A DNA stretch of 63,720 bases, counting the filler, from Folioceros fuciformis (lineage: Eukaryota): the NCBI GenBank assembly GCA_049999805.1. It is 7 parts of 7 records of this genome, joined end to end, with 100 filler letters (N's around TTAATTAATTAA, not from the genome) between each part and the next. Parts side by side here need not be neighbours in the genome. Positions count along the whole stretch, not along the records: positions 1 to 20,964 come from JBNGIO010001023.1; 6 more parts are not named here. One strand, written 5' to 3'. The notes beneath the pieces are model-generated. The model had not been told where the DNA came from. It did no database searches and saw only the letters and a list, made by a program, of their open reading frames with translations. The position numbers and the translations under genes are program-made. Positions within the stretch are counted from its first letter, which is position 1; each line of letters opens with the position of its first letter. This document shows, in pieces, positions 1 to 11,890 of the stretch.

Positions 1-547
1 GGTGTATGCAGGGAACTGAATGCTGGAGTGAGGCCCATCGATTCAACGAGTTTCGTCCTGTAAGATCCGGGAGCGGAATCCCGGTGCTGTGGGAGCGCTG
101 TAATTGAGCTGCGGGTGCTGCTGGCTGAGGTGTCGGAAGGGAAAGGCAGGCCCCTGGCTTCGCTTACTGCATGGCATCGGGGGTTTGGGATGGGACTTTG
201 GAGATAGGGAGCAGGGCCAGCAGCGGGATGGTAGAGGATTGTTGCATGTTGTCCATGATTTCCAATTTTAGTCCTCCCTCCGTGAGCACCATGTTTTTGC
301 GGAGATGCCTGGTGTCGGAAGTCAAGCTGAAGGTCGGACATGCTTGAGGAGGGAGGAAACGGAGTTCTTGCGTGGGACCTGGGACCGGTGTGCACGTCTG
401 TGCCGGACGATATATGAGGGCTCGAGTAGACTGCGGGGAGAATCTGGAAACTGCTGTTGGGAGAACCGAATGCTGGAATTGCGATCTTGCTGATAACTTC
501 GGAGAGGCAAGGACCTCGGCTGGTCTGAAGTGCTGGTAGAGAGGACG

Positions 548-3500
548 ATGGCCACAATGAATTCCTCCCCAACGGTCGCATCACAGGTTTGTGCTGCTGC
601 ATGACGTTGAAATTCTGTGCAGTCGGTCGCTGTCCTGCGGGAGTGGACGGGAGAGTGAAGGAGGGTGTGGCGTTTGCGGCATGTTAGGGGATGGAGCAGC
701 TGGTGAAACACTTCGTCGCTCCTCTGTTGCCATGGTTTGACTCTTGTGATGCGTCCGAATTTGCAGCAGGATAGTGGGGACCGCACTGGGTACTGGAGAG
801 CATTCGGAAGCGGGAGTCCGCTTTACGGGGATGTCAATGGCTTGGCCTCGCTCGGGAAGCTTCCCAGTGGAGAGATCTCTTCGTCCGGGGACGAGCTTGC
901 TATGAAAGTATGTCTTGACAACACCCTTACCTAGATGCTAGACGTGCACAACACTTTGTACCATGTATCTCTAATGCGTAATGTGCATCGTGATGCCTTG
1001 CAGGTCAGGAAGCCCTACACTATCACCAAACAGAGAGAAAGATGGACGGAGGAAGAGCACACAAAGTTCCTGGAGGCTCTAAAGCTGTACGGCCGCGCAT
1101 GGCGTCGGATAGAAGGTCAGCACCGTGGTCATCATTTGGCGCGGTCCTGGAATGAGTGTTTGGAGTCAAACCTCTGGCCCCCCCTTGCATTGTGTTGGAG
1201 CCTTACTTGAAAATGTCCTCCTCGGTTCGCAGAGCACATCGGCACCAAGACTGCAGTGCAGATCCGAAGCCATGCCCAGAAATTCTTCTCAAAGGTCTTT
1301 ACTTTGTGCAGTTCTTGTGTGGGCCATTCTTGTCAAGCGTCTGTACCTCATGTGGTCTGGTCTGCAAATCTTGTCCCCCCACCCCTCTTCCCAGTAGTCA
1401 CGCCAGATGTTGGTGAGCTCGAGGATCTGAGTGGCTGTCAACCAAGCCGTCTTGAACTCGCTTGGGAGGCTTGCAACTCGTCTTGTGCTTAACGTCTTCA
1501 TGTTATTCCTCTGCAGCTGGAGAGGGAGGCTACAGCTGCTGGCGGGGTGGTGGCTGGGGTGTCTCAGGATATAGACATCCCACCACCGCGTCCAAAACGG
1601 AAACCAAGTCATCCCTACCCGAGGAAAGCTGGAGGTAGTCTCTCCAACAGCCCTTCGGTGGCTGACGAGGATAACTCTCATGCTGGCGCGGGATCCCCTG
1701 GCAAGCCAGGAATCCCAGCAGTTGCAAACCATGGAGATGGGTTAATGAAGGTACGCTCCCGGGCAGTCCGGTCTACAAGTCCTCTAATTTCCGCAACTAC
1801 CTCTCTCTCTTTCTGTTCGTACGGTGTCTCACGATCGCGTCTGGCATGCAGCCTGCGGCATTTTCACCGTATGGGCTGAAGCCACCACTTCTGGAGATAC
1901 CCAGCTCTGCTTCCCAGCCGACAGTGTCACCAGCGAGTCTGAAATTGTTTGGACAAACGGTCGTGGTCCCAACAGCTCACAAAACGCTTCTTCCTGCTTC
2001 TAATGACTTGCAGGTCGGCCCACCATCAGGTCCAGGAGTTTCAGAGGGAGCTTGTGAGACACTCGAGGAGTCCTTGCAGGGAGTGGAAAGGAAAGCCGGA
2101 GAGGGAGCTGGAACTAGAAGGCCACCTTCAGGTTCCAGCGGTGAACTCTCCACAACAGGCACTTCAGAAATTAGCGTTCTGGAGTCTGGCATCAGTGCTC
2201 TGGAAGGTGCGAGCAACTCCTCTGCAGCTGAGCAAGTATGCCACAGAACAGGTCACAAGCCATCAGCAGGCAGGGAGCTTGAACCATCCTCCCAGGGCCA
2301 GTCCCGAAGGAATGAAGAAGCTATGCAGCAGTCTCCTCCAACCCACAGGTTTGCACAGTCCGGGGAGGGACCCTCGTTCGATTACTCTCAGTATCGTCAA
2401 GGCACCGCGACGGTGGCTCATCATCTGGCAGCTGCTTTAAGTGCAGGGATGCACCTCCACAACTTGACAGAGAGGCCGCCTTTCTCTCTCATCGACTTCC
2501 ACCCTGCAAGATTCATGGGGTTCCCTACCCACCCAGGGACACCTCAGCACCCTGCATTTGGGAACCTGGAAAGTCTAGCCAGGATCGCGGGAATTGCTCC
2601 ATGGCCGGCCGGAGCCTCTGATGCTCCAGCGTTTACTTCAGGGATGTGGCCAGCACTCATCCCAGCCGCGGCTGCAGCAGGAGCAGGAGTGGCCTTGCCC
2701 TTAGGAGTCGCTCTTCCAGGTGGCATCCCGAGACTGAGGCCTGCAGGGGACGGATCAGGTAATCATGATGATGCCGGCACTGCAGCAGCAGTAGCCGCAG
2801 CCACAATAGCAGCTGCCTCAGCCTGGTGGGCTCTCCAGGGCAGTGTGCCTTCAGGTGTAGTCCATCCCTCCGTGGCTGCTATGTACAGTCCAGGTGCGGC
2901 AGCTGCTGCGGCGGCGGCGGCAGGGGCAGCTGCTGCCATGGCCAGTGCTGCCGAAGCCGGAGTGATGCCACCCTGCCCCCCTCCTCTTCCTGCTAACAGG
3001 ACTCCACCAAAACAAGAGCCTGAGGCGGAGGATGAGCAGCAGGTGGGCTCCAACAACGACAGCGACGAGGGCGTCCCAGACGAAGCCCCATCCCGGAAGT
3101 GCAGTGCTGCCAAACGTGCAGAACGGGCTTCCAGGATGAAAGAGCAGAAGGCTCGCCGAGTGAGCCTCAGTGGCCCTGCAGCATGTACAGATTCTTCTCC
3201 GTCGGGCTGGGGCACCAGCCCGAGACTGAGCTATGCGGGGAGCTACAGCGAGAGCAGCGCTTTCCCTGGAGCCCTCCTTCTGGGCGACTCAAACCGAGGT
3301 AAGCCCAGATCGTGCAAACCTTCCATGGTGCAGAAGGACGGCGAAAACAAGCGGGCAGGCCCGTGCAGCGCCAACGGCGAGGAAGGAAGGAAGCGGGCCA
3401 GGGTGAGATCCGTAAGTGGGTCCAACACCCCTCCCAACGAGGAACGAAACAACAGGGACGTGGAGAAGAGTGGGGACGAGGGGCCATGCCAACCTTCCTC

Positions 3501-4371
3501 CTCCGGAAGCGATGGCAGCGGTGCCGGACGGGACGGCGGCAACCGCAGCTCGGATTCTTCTGGCTGCGGGAACGGGAACGAGCAGGGGAACGGAGGAGGG
3601 TCTGGCTCCTGTGACGGTGGCTCTTCCGACGGCGAAGGCCCTCTGGCCAGGGAAGAAGGCAGGGGAAGCACTTCACCTGATGATGGAGACAATGCCGTAC
3701 AGAGCGAGCACGTCGGGAACGGTGGGAAGCCATCATCCCCTTCCCAAGAAGCAGATGTGGGACCCGTCCTCTCTGGAGGAGATGCTGAAGTCAATAAAAC
3801 CCCGGAACAGCAATCTGTGTCCCCGCGTACTAGTACCCATCGAAACTGGCTCTCGGAGGAGACACGGCAGCAGACGCAGGCAGAAGATCCTGCTGAGCCC
3901 ACCATGCCACCACAGAAGCATGGTACTCCTCAAGAAGAAGACACTGCCAATGAGGAGGTGCTGGAAGGAGATGCAGAGCAAAGGGGAAGCGTGCCCAACA
4001 TTGGAGCCGAGCGAGAAGAAGAGGAAAGCTGTTCTGCCCAGAAGGAAGGCGAGGGTCCAGGAGCAGCTGCAGGAACAGGTGCCGGGTTTGGGAACAGATG
4101 TATAGACTCAGACGCTGAGGCTCATCTCCAGCGGCTGTCCATGTTCCGAACATGTCCGCCCACCTTGTCCACGGCTTCCAGCAGCGGGAGTGCTTGGTTC
4201 AGTGGAGTGGGATTTGTACCATACCAGCGCAACTCCATGGAGGCGAGTGGGAGCGGGGTGGACAGCCCTGGCAGCAAGCATCCCCGCTCCGAGGATGCCT
4301 GCAACTTCGAAGGTGAGTCGTGGAAGGAAAAGCGGGCTTGCACCAGGCAGGAAGCAGCCGTGCGAGCGTGA
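548..4371 (+). CDS. LHY: CCA1/LHY-type single-MYB (SHAQKF class) circadian clock transcription factor, 6 exons
   Basis: Exons 548-586, 770-907, 1004-1115, 1233-1294, 1517-1750 and 1852-4371 join in frame through GT-AG introns. Product has [91 protein letters not shown] and C-terminal GVGFVPYQR, hallmarks of the CCA1/LHY clade. Confidence 0.93.
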
Positions 4372-6139
4372 ATAACAACTCCAGTCAGCTGCTGGCCGCA
4401 GCCTGGTCGGGCCTGGCCTGGCCTCCCCTTCCTGTAGAGACCAGATTCCCTAGGGCAGAGCAGATTCTTTGGCGATTTGTACATTAGCATTTGCAAGCAT
4501 CAGGCCTAGATTGAGTGACCCCCACGGTAGTCGTCTCGTGGATTTCTCCTCTCCTCTCCCTTCCCCTCGTCCAGTGCTGTTAGCCTCGTAGAAATAGCAT
4601 GTGTAGATCGGCAGGCCATCAAGCATGACGTTAAAGTTTTCCCCCCACGGCTTTGTCTAGAACTCGAGGCTGAAACCCTGCTCGCCGTGCATCCGTAGCT
4701 TTCCGACTCCCACACCGCGTGGAGCCATTGCTACGGCAGGCTCATCCTCACGCGCCTCGTCCACAGCATGGTTTTTCCCCACACCCGTCTTCCACAGCTT
4801 GTTCATCCTCACGCTTTCAGGACCAATCTTCTACCTAAATTCTACAGTTGTAAGCGTCATATATTGTTCATTTTACGGTACATACTTCATGTGGATGAGA
4901 GATTGTATCGCTTGTATATTGACTACTTGTTTGATGTAGTTAAACCTGTTAAAGTTCGAGGGCTCTCTCCTTTGTTCATATATTATTGATTCCTTAACTT
5001 GCTCTTACACTCAATGTAGTTCATGAATACGCGCTTCTGGCACCTGCAGTTCAGGCTGGCGGGTGCTGCGTATCCTACCTTCGTGCTGCTTCCCCAAACT
5101 GCTGCTGTGTCAATCGAGTGTTTGTACTTCTGTGCGAGGCAACACGCCGACAAGCTTCTTGCTTCCTGTTCTTGGACTGGACTACCTGCTATGCTGTGCT
5201 CGAAAACTGCTCTTGAAGCTCCACAGACGGACAGATCTGTACCCGAGCAATCACCTCATGGAAGAAGCACGCGTAACGCACCCTAACCTTGAACCAGGCT
5301 ACGTCTTGGAAGAGCAGTCTGAGAGAAGACACCACCAGTACAGTATTGTTTCATCTCAGCCTCCGGCTGCATCATCAGTTTAATGCCTGTTCAACGAGAT
5401 TTATGGCAGATGTCATGAACGAGCTAGCATCAGGCAGCATTCTCAAGCGTGCATCTTGTTTCCCCCATAAGTAACAGCTCAGAACCTAACCTAGAGCACC
5501 GCCACCTCCTCCTATGGCTGCCTTGCAAGGACGCAGATGAAGACCAGTAGTGCATCTGATTTGCATCTGGTTGCTTCTAGGCTGCTGCAACGAAGATGTC
5601 CTTCACCCGTCCCTCTCAAGAGATGCTACAGCCGCCTGACCAGATCTGGCGGGGCAACCGTGCTGGGTGCGTGAGTTCTTTCCTGGCCTCTCCTCAATAT
5701 GTGTCTGGGCAAGCTCTTTGTTGACGTTTTCTACCCCGATGACAGAAGCCCCAATTCAACATAACGCAGTGAAAGAAGGAATCTGGACCGATCACTTGCA
5801 GTGGCGGGACAGTAGGTCCAAGAAGGTAACGTATGTCTTCTGCTGAGGATGCCCTGCTCTGCTGCGCTCTTTCAGTCAAGTGCCTCCCTCAGGTCCTCCC
5901 AACAGTCGCTCACATGATGAAATTCTTATGTACAGCAGCACTGCAGAGGCGGTTATCTGGACTGACTGTTCCTCCACCTCTCTGGGTTTCCATGGAGATG
6001 CGAATCCAGCAGGGCCTCGGGATGCAGGCAGAAATTCCGTGCTCTTTGAGTTTGATGCTCGAGGTGTATCTGAAAGGTCTTGGTCTGGCAGCCTGTTCTC
6101 ACCTGCTGAATTTGTGGCTGTGGCACCGTTCCTCGCTGA

Positions 6140-9100
6140 TTGCGGGATTATTGCTCTCGGGTGTGTAGGGTGGCAAGTAACAAAGGGACAATTCTGGGTG
6201 GGGAAGATCAGAAGAGCAGAGCATGGATTCATGTGCCTGCGTACGAGCCTGCTGTGGTACTTGACCTGATGGAGTGCCAAGGATGCTATGTATCTGAAGG
6301 CATGTTGTACAGAGTCCTCAAAGAGTATTCTGTGAAGAAAGACCTCAGAGGAGGCAGGCGCGTCCACGCCATCTCCGTGAGAAATGGATATGAGACGAAT
6401 GTGTTTCTGGCCAACCACCTCATCAGGATGTATGGCTCGCATGGCAGGTTGGTGGAAGCACGTGAGGTCTTTAGAAAACTTCCTTCACCAAACCCGCACG
6501 TCTGGGCTTCTATCATCGCAGCACACACAGGGAATGGCCAAGCCGAGAAGGGTATTCACCTGTATTGGGAGTTGCGAGAATCATCGAGTGTGAAAGCAAA
6601 TGAGTATGTGTTTGTGGCAGCTCTGAAAGCTTGTGCCATCATTGGAGATCTCGAGTCCGGGAGGCAGGTCCATGCTGATATTATGGACTCAGAATACAGC
6701 TTCAATGTGTTCGTTGGGAACAGTCTGGTAGACATGTATGCAAGGAGTGGCAGTTTGGATGATGCTCATACTGTGTTTGACAGACTGCCAGCTAGAAATG
6801 TTGTAACATGGACTGCACTCATGTCAGGATATTCCCACCACGGGCTCTGTCAGAAAGCCCTCGATCTCTTCGAGAGCATGGAGGACGATGGTATGACTTT
6901 AGCAAACGCTGTCACGTTTGTGTGTCTCCTGAAGGCATGTTCTACCATTGGAGCCATACATAAGGGCAAGCAGTTGCACCAGAAAATTAAGGAACGAGGG
7001 CTTGAAACAGATTTGGTTGTTGGGAATGCACTAGTTGATATGTATGCAAAATGTGGGGATTTAGTGGATGCTCGTGGGGTGTTTGAAAACATGCAAAGGA
7101 GAGATGTGGTGTCATGGAACACCTTGATTGCGGGGCATCTGCAACAAGGGTTTGGCAAGGAGGCTCTGAAACTGTATTCTGTGATGCCAAAGGATGGTGT
7201 CACTGCACCCAATGAGGTCACATTTGTCAGCCTTCTCAAGGCGTGTGCGAGTATACCATGTCTGCCCATGGGCAAGAAATTACATGCAGAAATATTGTTG
7301 CGTGGACTAGAATCAGACATTGCAGTGGGCACTACCTTGGTGGACATGTATGCCAAGTGCGGGAGTCTAGACAATGCTTGCCAGGTTTTTGACAGGCTGC
7401 CAATGAAAGATGTCGTCACATGGACGGCACTGATTGCGGGATATGCTGAGCAGGGGTTTGCTCACGAGGCTCTCAAGCTATATGCGCGTATGCGAGCGAA
7501 TCATGTGACTCTGAATAAGGTTACATTTGTGTGCCTTTTGAAGGCATGTGCTAGCGTTGGAGCTATGCTGGAGGGCAAGAATATTCACGCAGAAGTCCAG
7601 AAACAGGGATTCGATGGAAATGTAACTGTGGGCAATGCCTTGATCGACTTTTATGCAAAATGTGGAGATCTGGAGAGTGCTCGAGGAGTGTTTGACAAGC
7701 TGCAGGCCAGAGATACTATGACCTTGAATATCATGCTTGCAGGATATGCTCGACATGGTCAGGGTCAGGAAGCCCTCACGCTATATGCTAGCATGGACAA
7801 GGATGGAATTGTTATGGCAGATTCTGCAACTTTCACAAGCCTACTCTCATCGTGTGCCTGCATTGGGTCTTTCTGGCAGGGCGCACGCATCCATGCTCAA
7901 ATTCGGAAACGGGGGTTACATGTAGATCCGGGTGTTGCCAATGCCTTGATAGATATGTATGCAAAATGTGGAAGCTTGGGGGGTGCGCGTAGTGTCTTTG
8001 ACAGGCTGCCAGCCAAAGACCTAGTGACGTGGACAGCCATGATTTCAGGGTATGTTGCACATGGTTTTGGTGAGGAAGCTCTCAATCTGTATGGAAGCAT
8101 GTTGGAGGAGGGCCTGTGTCCAGTAGATAGTGTCATGCTTGCAAGCCTGCTCAAAGGATGTGCCAGCATCAAAGCCGCACATGAAGGGAAGCTGCTTCAC
8201 TCTCACATTTGCGAAAGGGGACAGGAAGTAGACGTGTTGCTTGGAAATGCTCTTGTGGACATGTACGCTAAGTGTGGCAGCTTAGAAGACGCTCACACTG
8301 TCTTCGACGGACTGCAGGTAAAAAATGCTGCAACATGGACGTCCCTCATTGCAGGTTATGCTCAGCATGGGCTTGGTGAAGAAGCTATCAAGCTTTATGC
8401 GAGCATGCAGCAATATGGCCTGAGTGAACCAGATAGGGTGACCTTTGTTAACATTCTGAAGGCCTGTGGGAGCACAGGAGCCATCCGTTTGGGTAGGGAG
8501 GTGCACGCCGAGATTCAGAAAAGGGGACTGGAATCAGACGTTTCTGTGGGGAGCACACTGGTGGACATGTATGCAAAGTGTGGCAGTCTAGACGAAGCTC
8601 GTGAAGTGTTTGAAAGACTGCCTACGAAAAATGTTGTTACTTGGAATGCTTTGATTAGTGGCTTCGGCCAGCATAATGAGTGCTCCAAGGCCATACAATG
8701 TTTTCAGCAAATGCAGCAGCAAGGAATTGAGCCTGACAGTGCCACCTTCACGTGTCTCCTGGTGGCATGCAGTCACGTGGGCCTGGTGACTGAGGGGCAG
8801 CAACACTTCAAGCAGATTGCTGAGTACGGAATCGAGCCCTCTTTGGAACACTACAACTGCATGGTTGATCTTCTTGGGCGGTCAGGGAACCTGACGGAAG
8901 CAGAGAACACATTGCGGAGGAGCCCTTTTCAGAATGATACTGTGGGTTGGAAATCTTTGTTGAGTGCCTGCAAGATACACGGTGATGTCCAGCGTGGGCG
9001 TCGATGTTTCGACCGCCTGGCTGAGTTGGAACCCCAACAAGCGGCCGGTTATGCATTAATGTCCAACATCTATGCAGATGCTGGAATGTGGGAAGATGTC

Positions 9101-9526
9101 CACAAAATTGACTGGTTGCGGAGGTCTGCCGGTGCTCAGAAGAGGCCTGCAATGGCATCAATTGAAGTTGATAACAAAGTGCATGATTTCATGGTAGGGG
9201 ACCAGCGGGACGATACATTGTCAAAGCTTAGGAGCCTAAATTTGTTGGTGGAGCAAGACCTCGGCAATGGGTTGGGTTCAGTAGCTGGCAACGTGAAGGA
9301 AGATGCTCTCTGTGGACATGCTGAAAAGTTGGCCTTGGCATTTGGTCTCCTCAACACTGCAGAAGGCACAACCCTGCGAGTTACCAAGAACCTTAGAATG
9401 TGCAACGATTGCCACATTAGCACCAAAACTCTTTCCAAGGTCGAGGGCCGTGAAATCATCGTTAGAGATGCACACCGAGTTCATCACTTCAGCGACGGGT
9501 TTTGTTCATGTGGAGACGCCCAGTAA
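6140..9526 (+). CDS. PLS-class PPR protein with DYW:KP-type deaminase-like domain; true start uncertain
   Basis: Long uninterrupted P-L-S repeat array (LVDMYAKCGSL..A..VF, VVTWTALI.GY, VTFV.LLKAC), E domains, then KRPAMASIEVDNKVHDF, CGHAEKLALAFGLL, VTKNLRMCNDCH and HHFSDGFCSCGDAQ. The ORF begins at TTG and the first ATG is at 6269; a possible acceptor near 6168 suggests an upstream exon. Confidence 0.93.
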   Translation: MRDYCSRVCRVASNKGTILGGEDQKSRAWIHVPAYEPAVVLDLMECQGCYVSEGMLYRVLKEYSVKKDLRGGRRVHAISVRNGYETNVFLANHLIRMYGSHGRLVEAREVFRKLPSPNPHVWASIIAAHTGNGQAEKGIHLYWELRESSSVKANEYVFVAALKACAIIGDLESGRQVHADIMDSEYSFNVFVGNSLVDMYARSGSLDDAHTVFDRLPARNVVTWTALMSGYSHHGLCQKALDLFESMEDDGMTLANAVTFVCLLKACSTIGAIHKGKQLHQKIKERGLETDLVVGNALVDMYAKCGDLVDARGVFENMQRRDVVSWNTLIAGHLQQGFGKEALKLYSVMPKDGVTAPNEVTFVSLLKACASIPCLPMGKKLHAEILLRGLESDIAVGTTLVDMYAKCGSLDNACQVFDRLPMKDVVTWTALIAGYAEQGFAHEALKLYARMRANHVTLNKVTFVCLLKACASVGAMLEGKNIHAEVQKQGFDGNVTVGNALIDFYAKCGDLESARGVFDKLQARDTMTLNIMLAGYARHGQGQEALTLYASMDKDGIVMADSATFTSLLSSCACIGSFWQGARIHAQIRKRGLHVDPGVANALIDMYAKCGSLGGARSVFDRLPAKDLVTWTAMISGYVAHGFGEEALNLYGSMLEEGLCPVDSVMLASLLKGCASIKAAHEGKLLHSHICERGQEVDVLLGNALVDMYAKCGSLEDAHTVFDGLQVKNAATWTSLIAGYAQHGLGEEAIKLYASMQQYGLSEPDRVTFVNILKACGSTGAIRLGREVHAEIQKRGLESDVSVGSTLVDMYAKCGSLDEAREVFERLPTKNVVTWNALISGFGQHNECSKAIQCFQQMQQQGIEPDSATFTCLLVACSHVGLVTEGQQHFKQIAEYGIEPSLEHYNCMVDLLGRSGNLTEAENTLRRSPFQNDTVGWKSLLSACKIHGDVQRGRRCFDRLAELEPQQAAGYALMSNIYADAGMWEDVHKIDWLRRSAGAQKRPAMASIEVDNKVHDFMVGDQRDDTLSKLRSLNLLVEQDLGNGLGSVAGNVKEDALCGHAEKLALAFGLLNTAEGTTLRVTKNLRMCNDCHISTKTLSKVEGREIIVRDAHRVHHFSDGFCSCGDAQ

Positions 9527-9700
9527 GCACCACAATAGAGGCGTGAAAATATTGTGTTATGTATGTAGATGTGACGTGAGGATATATGTACTCAAGAGAA
9601 GTATCCAAGCCAAATTGTTCACCAATCGAGCCTTTTGCACAAGATCCAGAAACAAGATCCTTCCCATAAGTGAACACAAGTCCCATTGTGTCTCTGGATC

Positions 9701-9738
9701 TTGAGCCAGATGTCGGACGTTGAGCCAGATGTCGGACG
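9701..9738. repeat. Direct duplication of 19 bp (TTGAGCCAGATGTCGGACG x2)
   Basis: Read directly from the sequence. Confidence 0.85.
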
Positions 9739-10023
9739 CACGCAGTGATACAAAGTTTTTCCCGAGCAGATGGAGCAAAGGCTAGTTTTTTTGCTGTGCG
9801 GAGAAGGAGCAATATAATAGCTCTCACCGAACCATAGTTTTCACGATGATGTAACGTAATCGAATTCCCATTTCATGCGGAATGATATGCCTCCAGGACC
9901 ATGTTGTATCTCTGGAGTTTGATAGAGTGCGATGGTGATGACCATTATTTGGCTCCGAGGAGAATGTGTCCCAGAAAGAAGCAGCCAGAGGTGCTGTTCA
10001 GGGTTCTTTTCTGCAATCCATCT

Positions 10024-11890
10024 CTAAGTTGCCAGCCTGGTAGACTTCATCATCTCAATGGCAGAAACGACCAGGGTTGTGATGGACCTTACGCTACAGC
10101 GGACAGCGATTATGGTTGTTTCAAAAAACAAACGCGGTAACTCTTCGTGACTGCGGCTCACATCCGTTAGGAAGAGGGCAACTTGGAGAGCTCCAGAGCG
10201 CAAGGTGGGAGCGATTGTTGACACGTCAAACCGGAGGTCCATGTAAGTCTGAGAACTCGGGTTCGTAGCTACCAGTACAACGCTGTCACCTACAGTATTT
10301 CTGGCGATGACCACAAAACTGTGCTCGAACTTGGGCACAAAGATCTCGAACCCAGGCCGAATCCATCGGCTAAAATGCATCACAGCGAAGAACTGCTTCT
10401 TCACCTGCACCGTGACAGGCAAGCTCTCATAGTTGAAGGGAGCTTGAATAAGGCCCCAAACCCCTCCCCCAGGCTCTTCTAAAGCTTGCCAGTAACACCA
10501 GGCAGAGGGTTGAAGCTCATTCAGATCCAAAGTCAGATGCCTAGCTACCCCCAGAGCTACCTCCATTTCATCCCCTCTCCAGTTCAACGGTCCGTATTCA
10601 GACATCCAAAGCTTCTTACCAAGTTTGCGTACGAGCTCTCTCACCTGAAAAACCGTTGTCAATTGCCTGACATTTTAAACAAAGATGCGTGAGGCCTCTT
10701 CAAGCACTAAAAAGTTACAGACCTGGGTGCGTTTTGCCTCGTCCTCTCTCAGCACATCGTTGATGTAAGTGTGAACATTTACTTGTTGTATGGTCGCTAG
10801 TGCCTCCTCTCCTATAGTTTCAAGTACACTGACAGTGTTCTTCGTCCATGCATCGAATCCTGATAGCTTGGTTGACAGGCCCTTTTCTCTCAAAAGATGC
10901 TGCACCTGAAGAGTTACCTGAACCACACACAGCGATCTTCATAAACCCACAAAGAACAGGGACCAGAAGCAATGCACTGTGACATCGTTTCTCACCTTCT
11001 CAAGTGCCTTCACTGAAAAGTTGCAGCCCTCCTGACTCCGCTTCTTTCGATCCACGTACCACCAGCCCTCTACTGGCTCGTTGAAAGGTGCTAAGGAGTT
11101 GAACTCGATCCCCCATGCGTCTCGATAGTGCTTGACCACTTCAGTTAAGTAATCTCCGAATGCCCCGTAATAAAGAGGATTCAGATTCTCTTGCCCCCAC
11201 CACTTGTTCCCTGTGGCAGACCTCAAAGATGAGCAAGAGCCCATGGGCTTCCAACAGCCATCAACCCAGCAATCCCAAATAAGATGGTTTCCACGGTTCA
11301 GACATGTGAACATCGACGACGCCTTGTAGCATCTAGCGTAAGCTTACGCACCTGTCACTGAACCACTGTAGGTCATCCAATGTGGAGGAGAGTTGGAAAA
11401 TGCCTCTACGACATCCACTCCTCGCTTCACCGCTCCCAGCAGTACCTTCCTCTGGCGCTCATCCGCCGACCAGTTGAAAGGCCCCCCTGGTCTGTCCTGG
11501 AAGCCAGGGACATCACCGAAAGGCCGCAAGTTTACATCAAACGACCGATGCGCACCTCCACCTATGTTGTATCGTGCTATGTTAAGACCCAGACCCTTCT
11601 TAGCATCAAACAGGAGATCGAGTATGTAGTCCATATCATCTTGGGGCAAACCCCCTGCAAAGTTTGCCCACCTGTACATCGGGCTCGATCACCAACCGTT
11701 GAATACAGGTAATAGCACAACGAATCAAAGCACAACAAAACCATACCAGCAAAGAGAAGTACCCCAACCCTCCCACTTCACGCCTGTGCTAGGAGAAACC
11801 TCCATCACCACGTCGATGAAGTCCTCCTGCACCTCAACCATGGGTCCATCACAATCGGTGTCACGTCTCCGCATACCAAGTTCCGCTAAC
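10024..11890 (-). CDS. Glycoside hydrolase family 30, endo-beta-1,6-galactanase-like; 5' end unresolved
   Basis: Exons ~11890-11747, 11671-11352, 11210-10996, 10905-10723 and 10644-10024 splice in frame. Motifs WEGWGTSLCWWAN, GLGLNIARYNIGGG, EAFSNSPPHWMT.SG, PFNEP (acid/base Glu), QVNVHTY, LWMSEYG (nucleophile Glu), AWCYWQ and HFSRWIRPG. Confidence 0.85.

Noticed and set aside
2544..4496. Many overlapping and antisense ORFs within the large LHY exon
   Set aside because: Shadow ORFs expected in GC-rich coding DNA; no recognisable motifs.
5000..6140. Short ORFs upstream of the DYW:KP gene as a separate gene
   Set aside because: No motifs; more likely UTR or unresolved 5' exons of the PPR gene.
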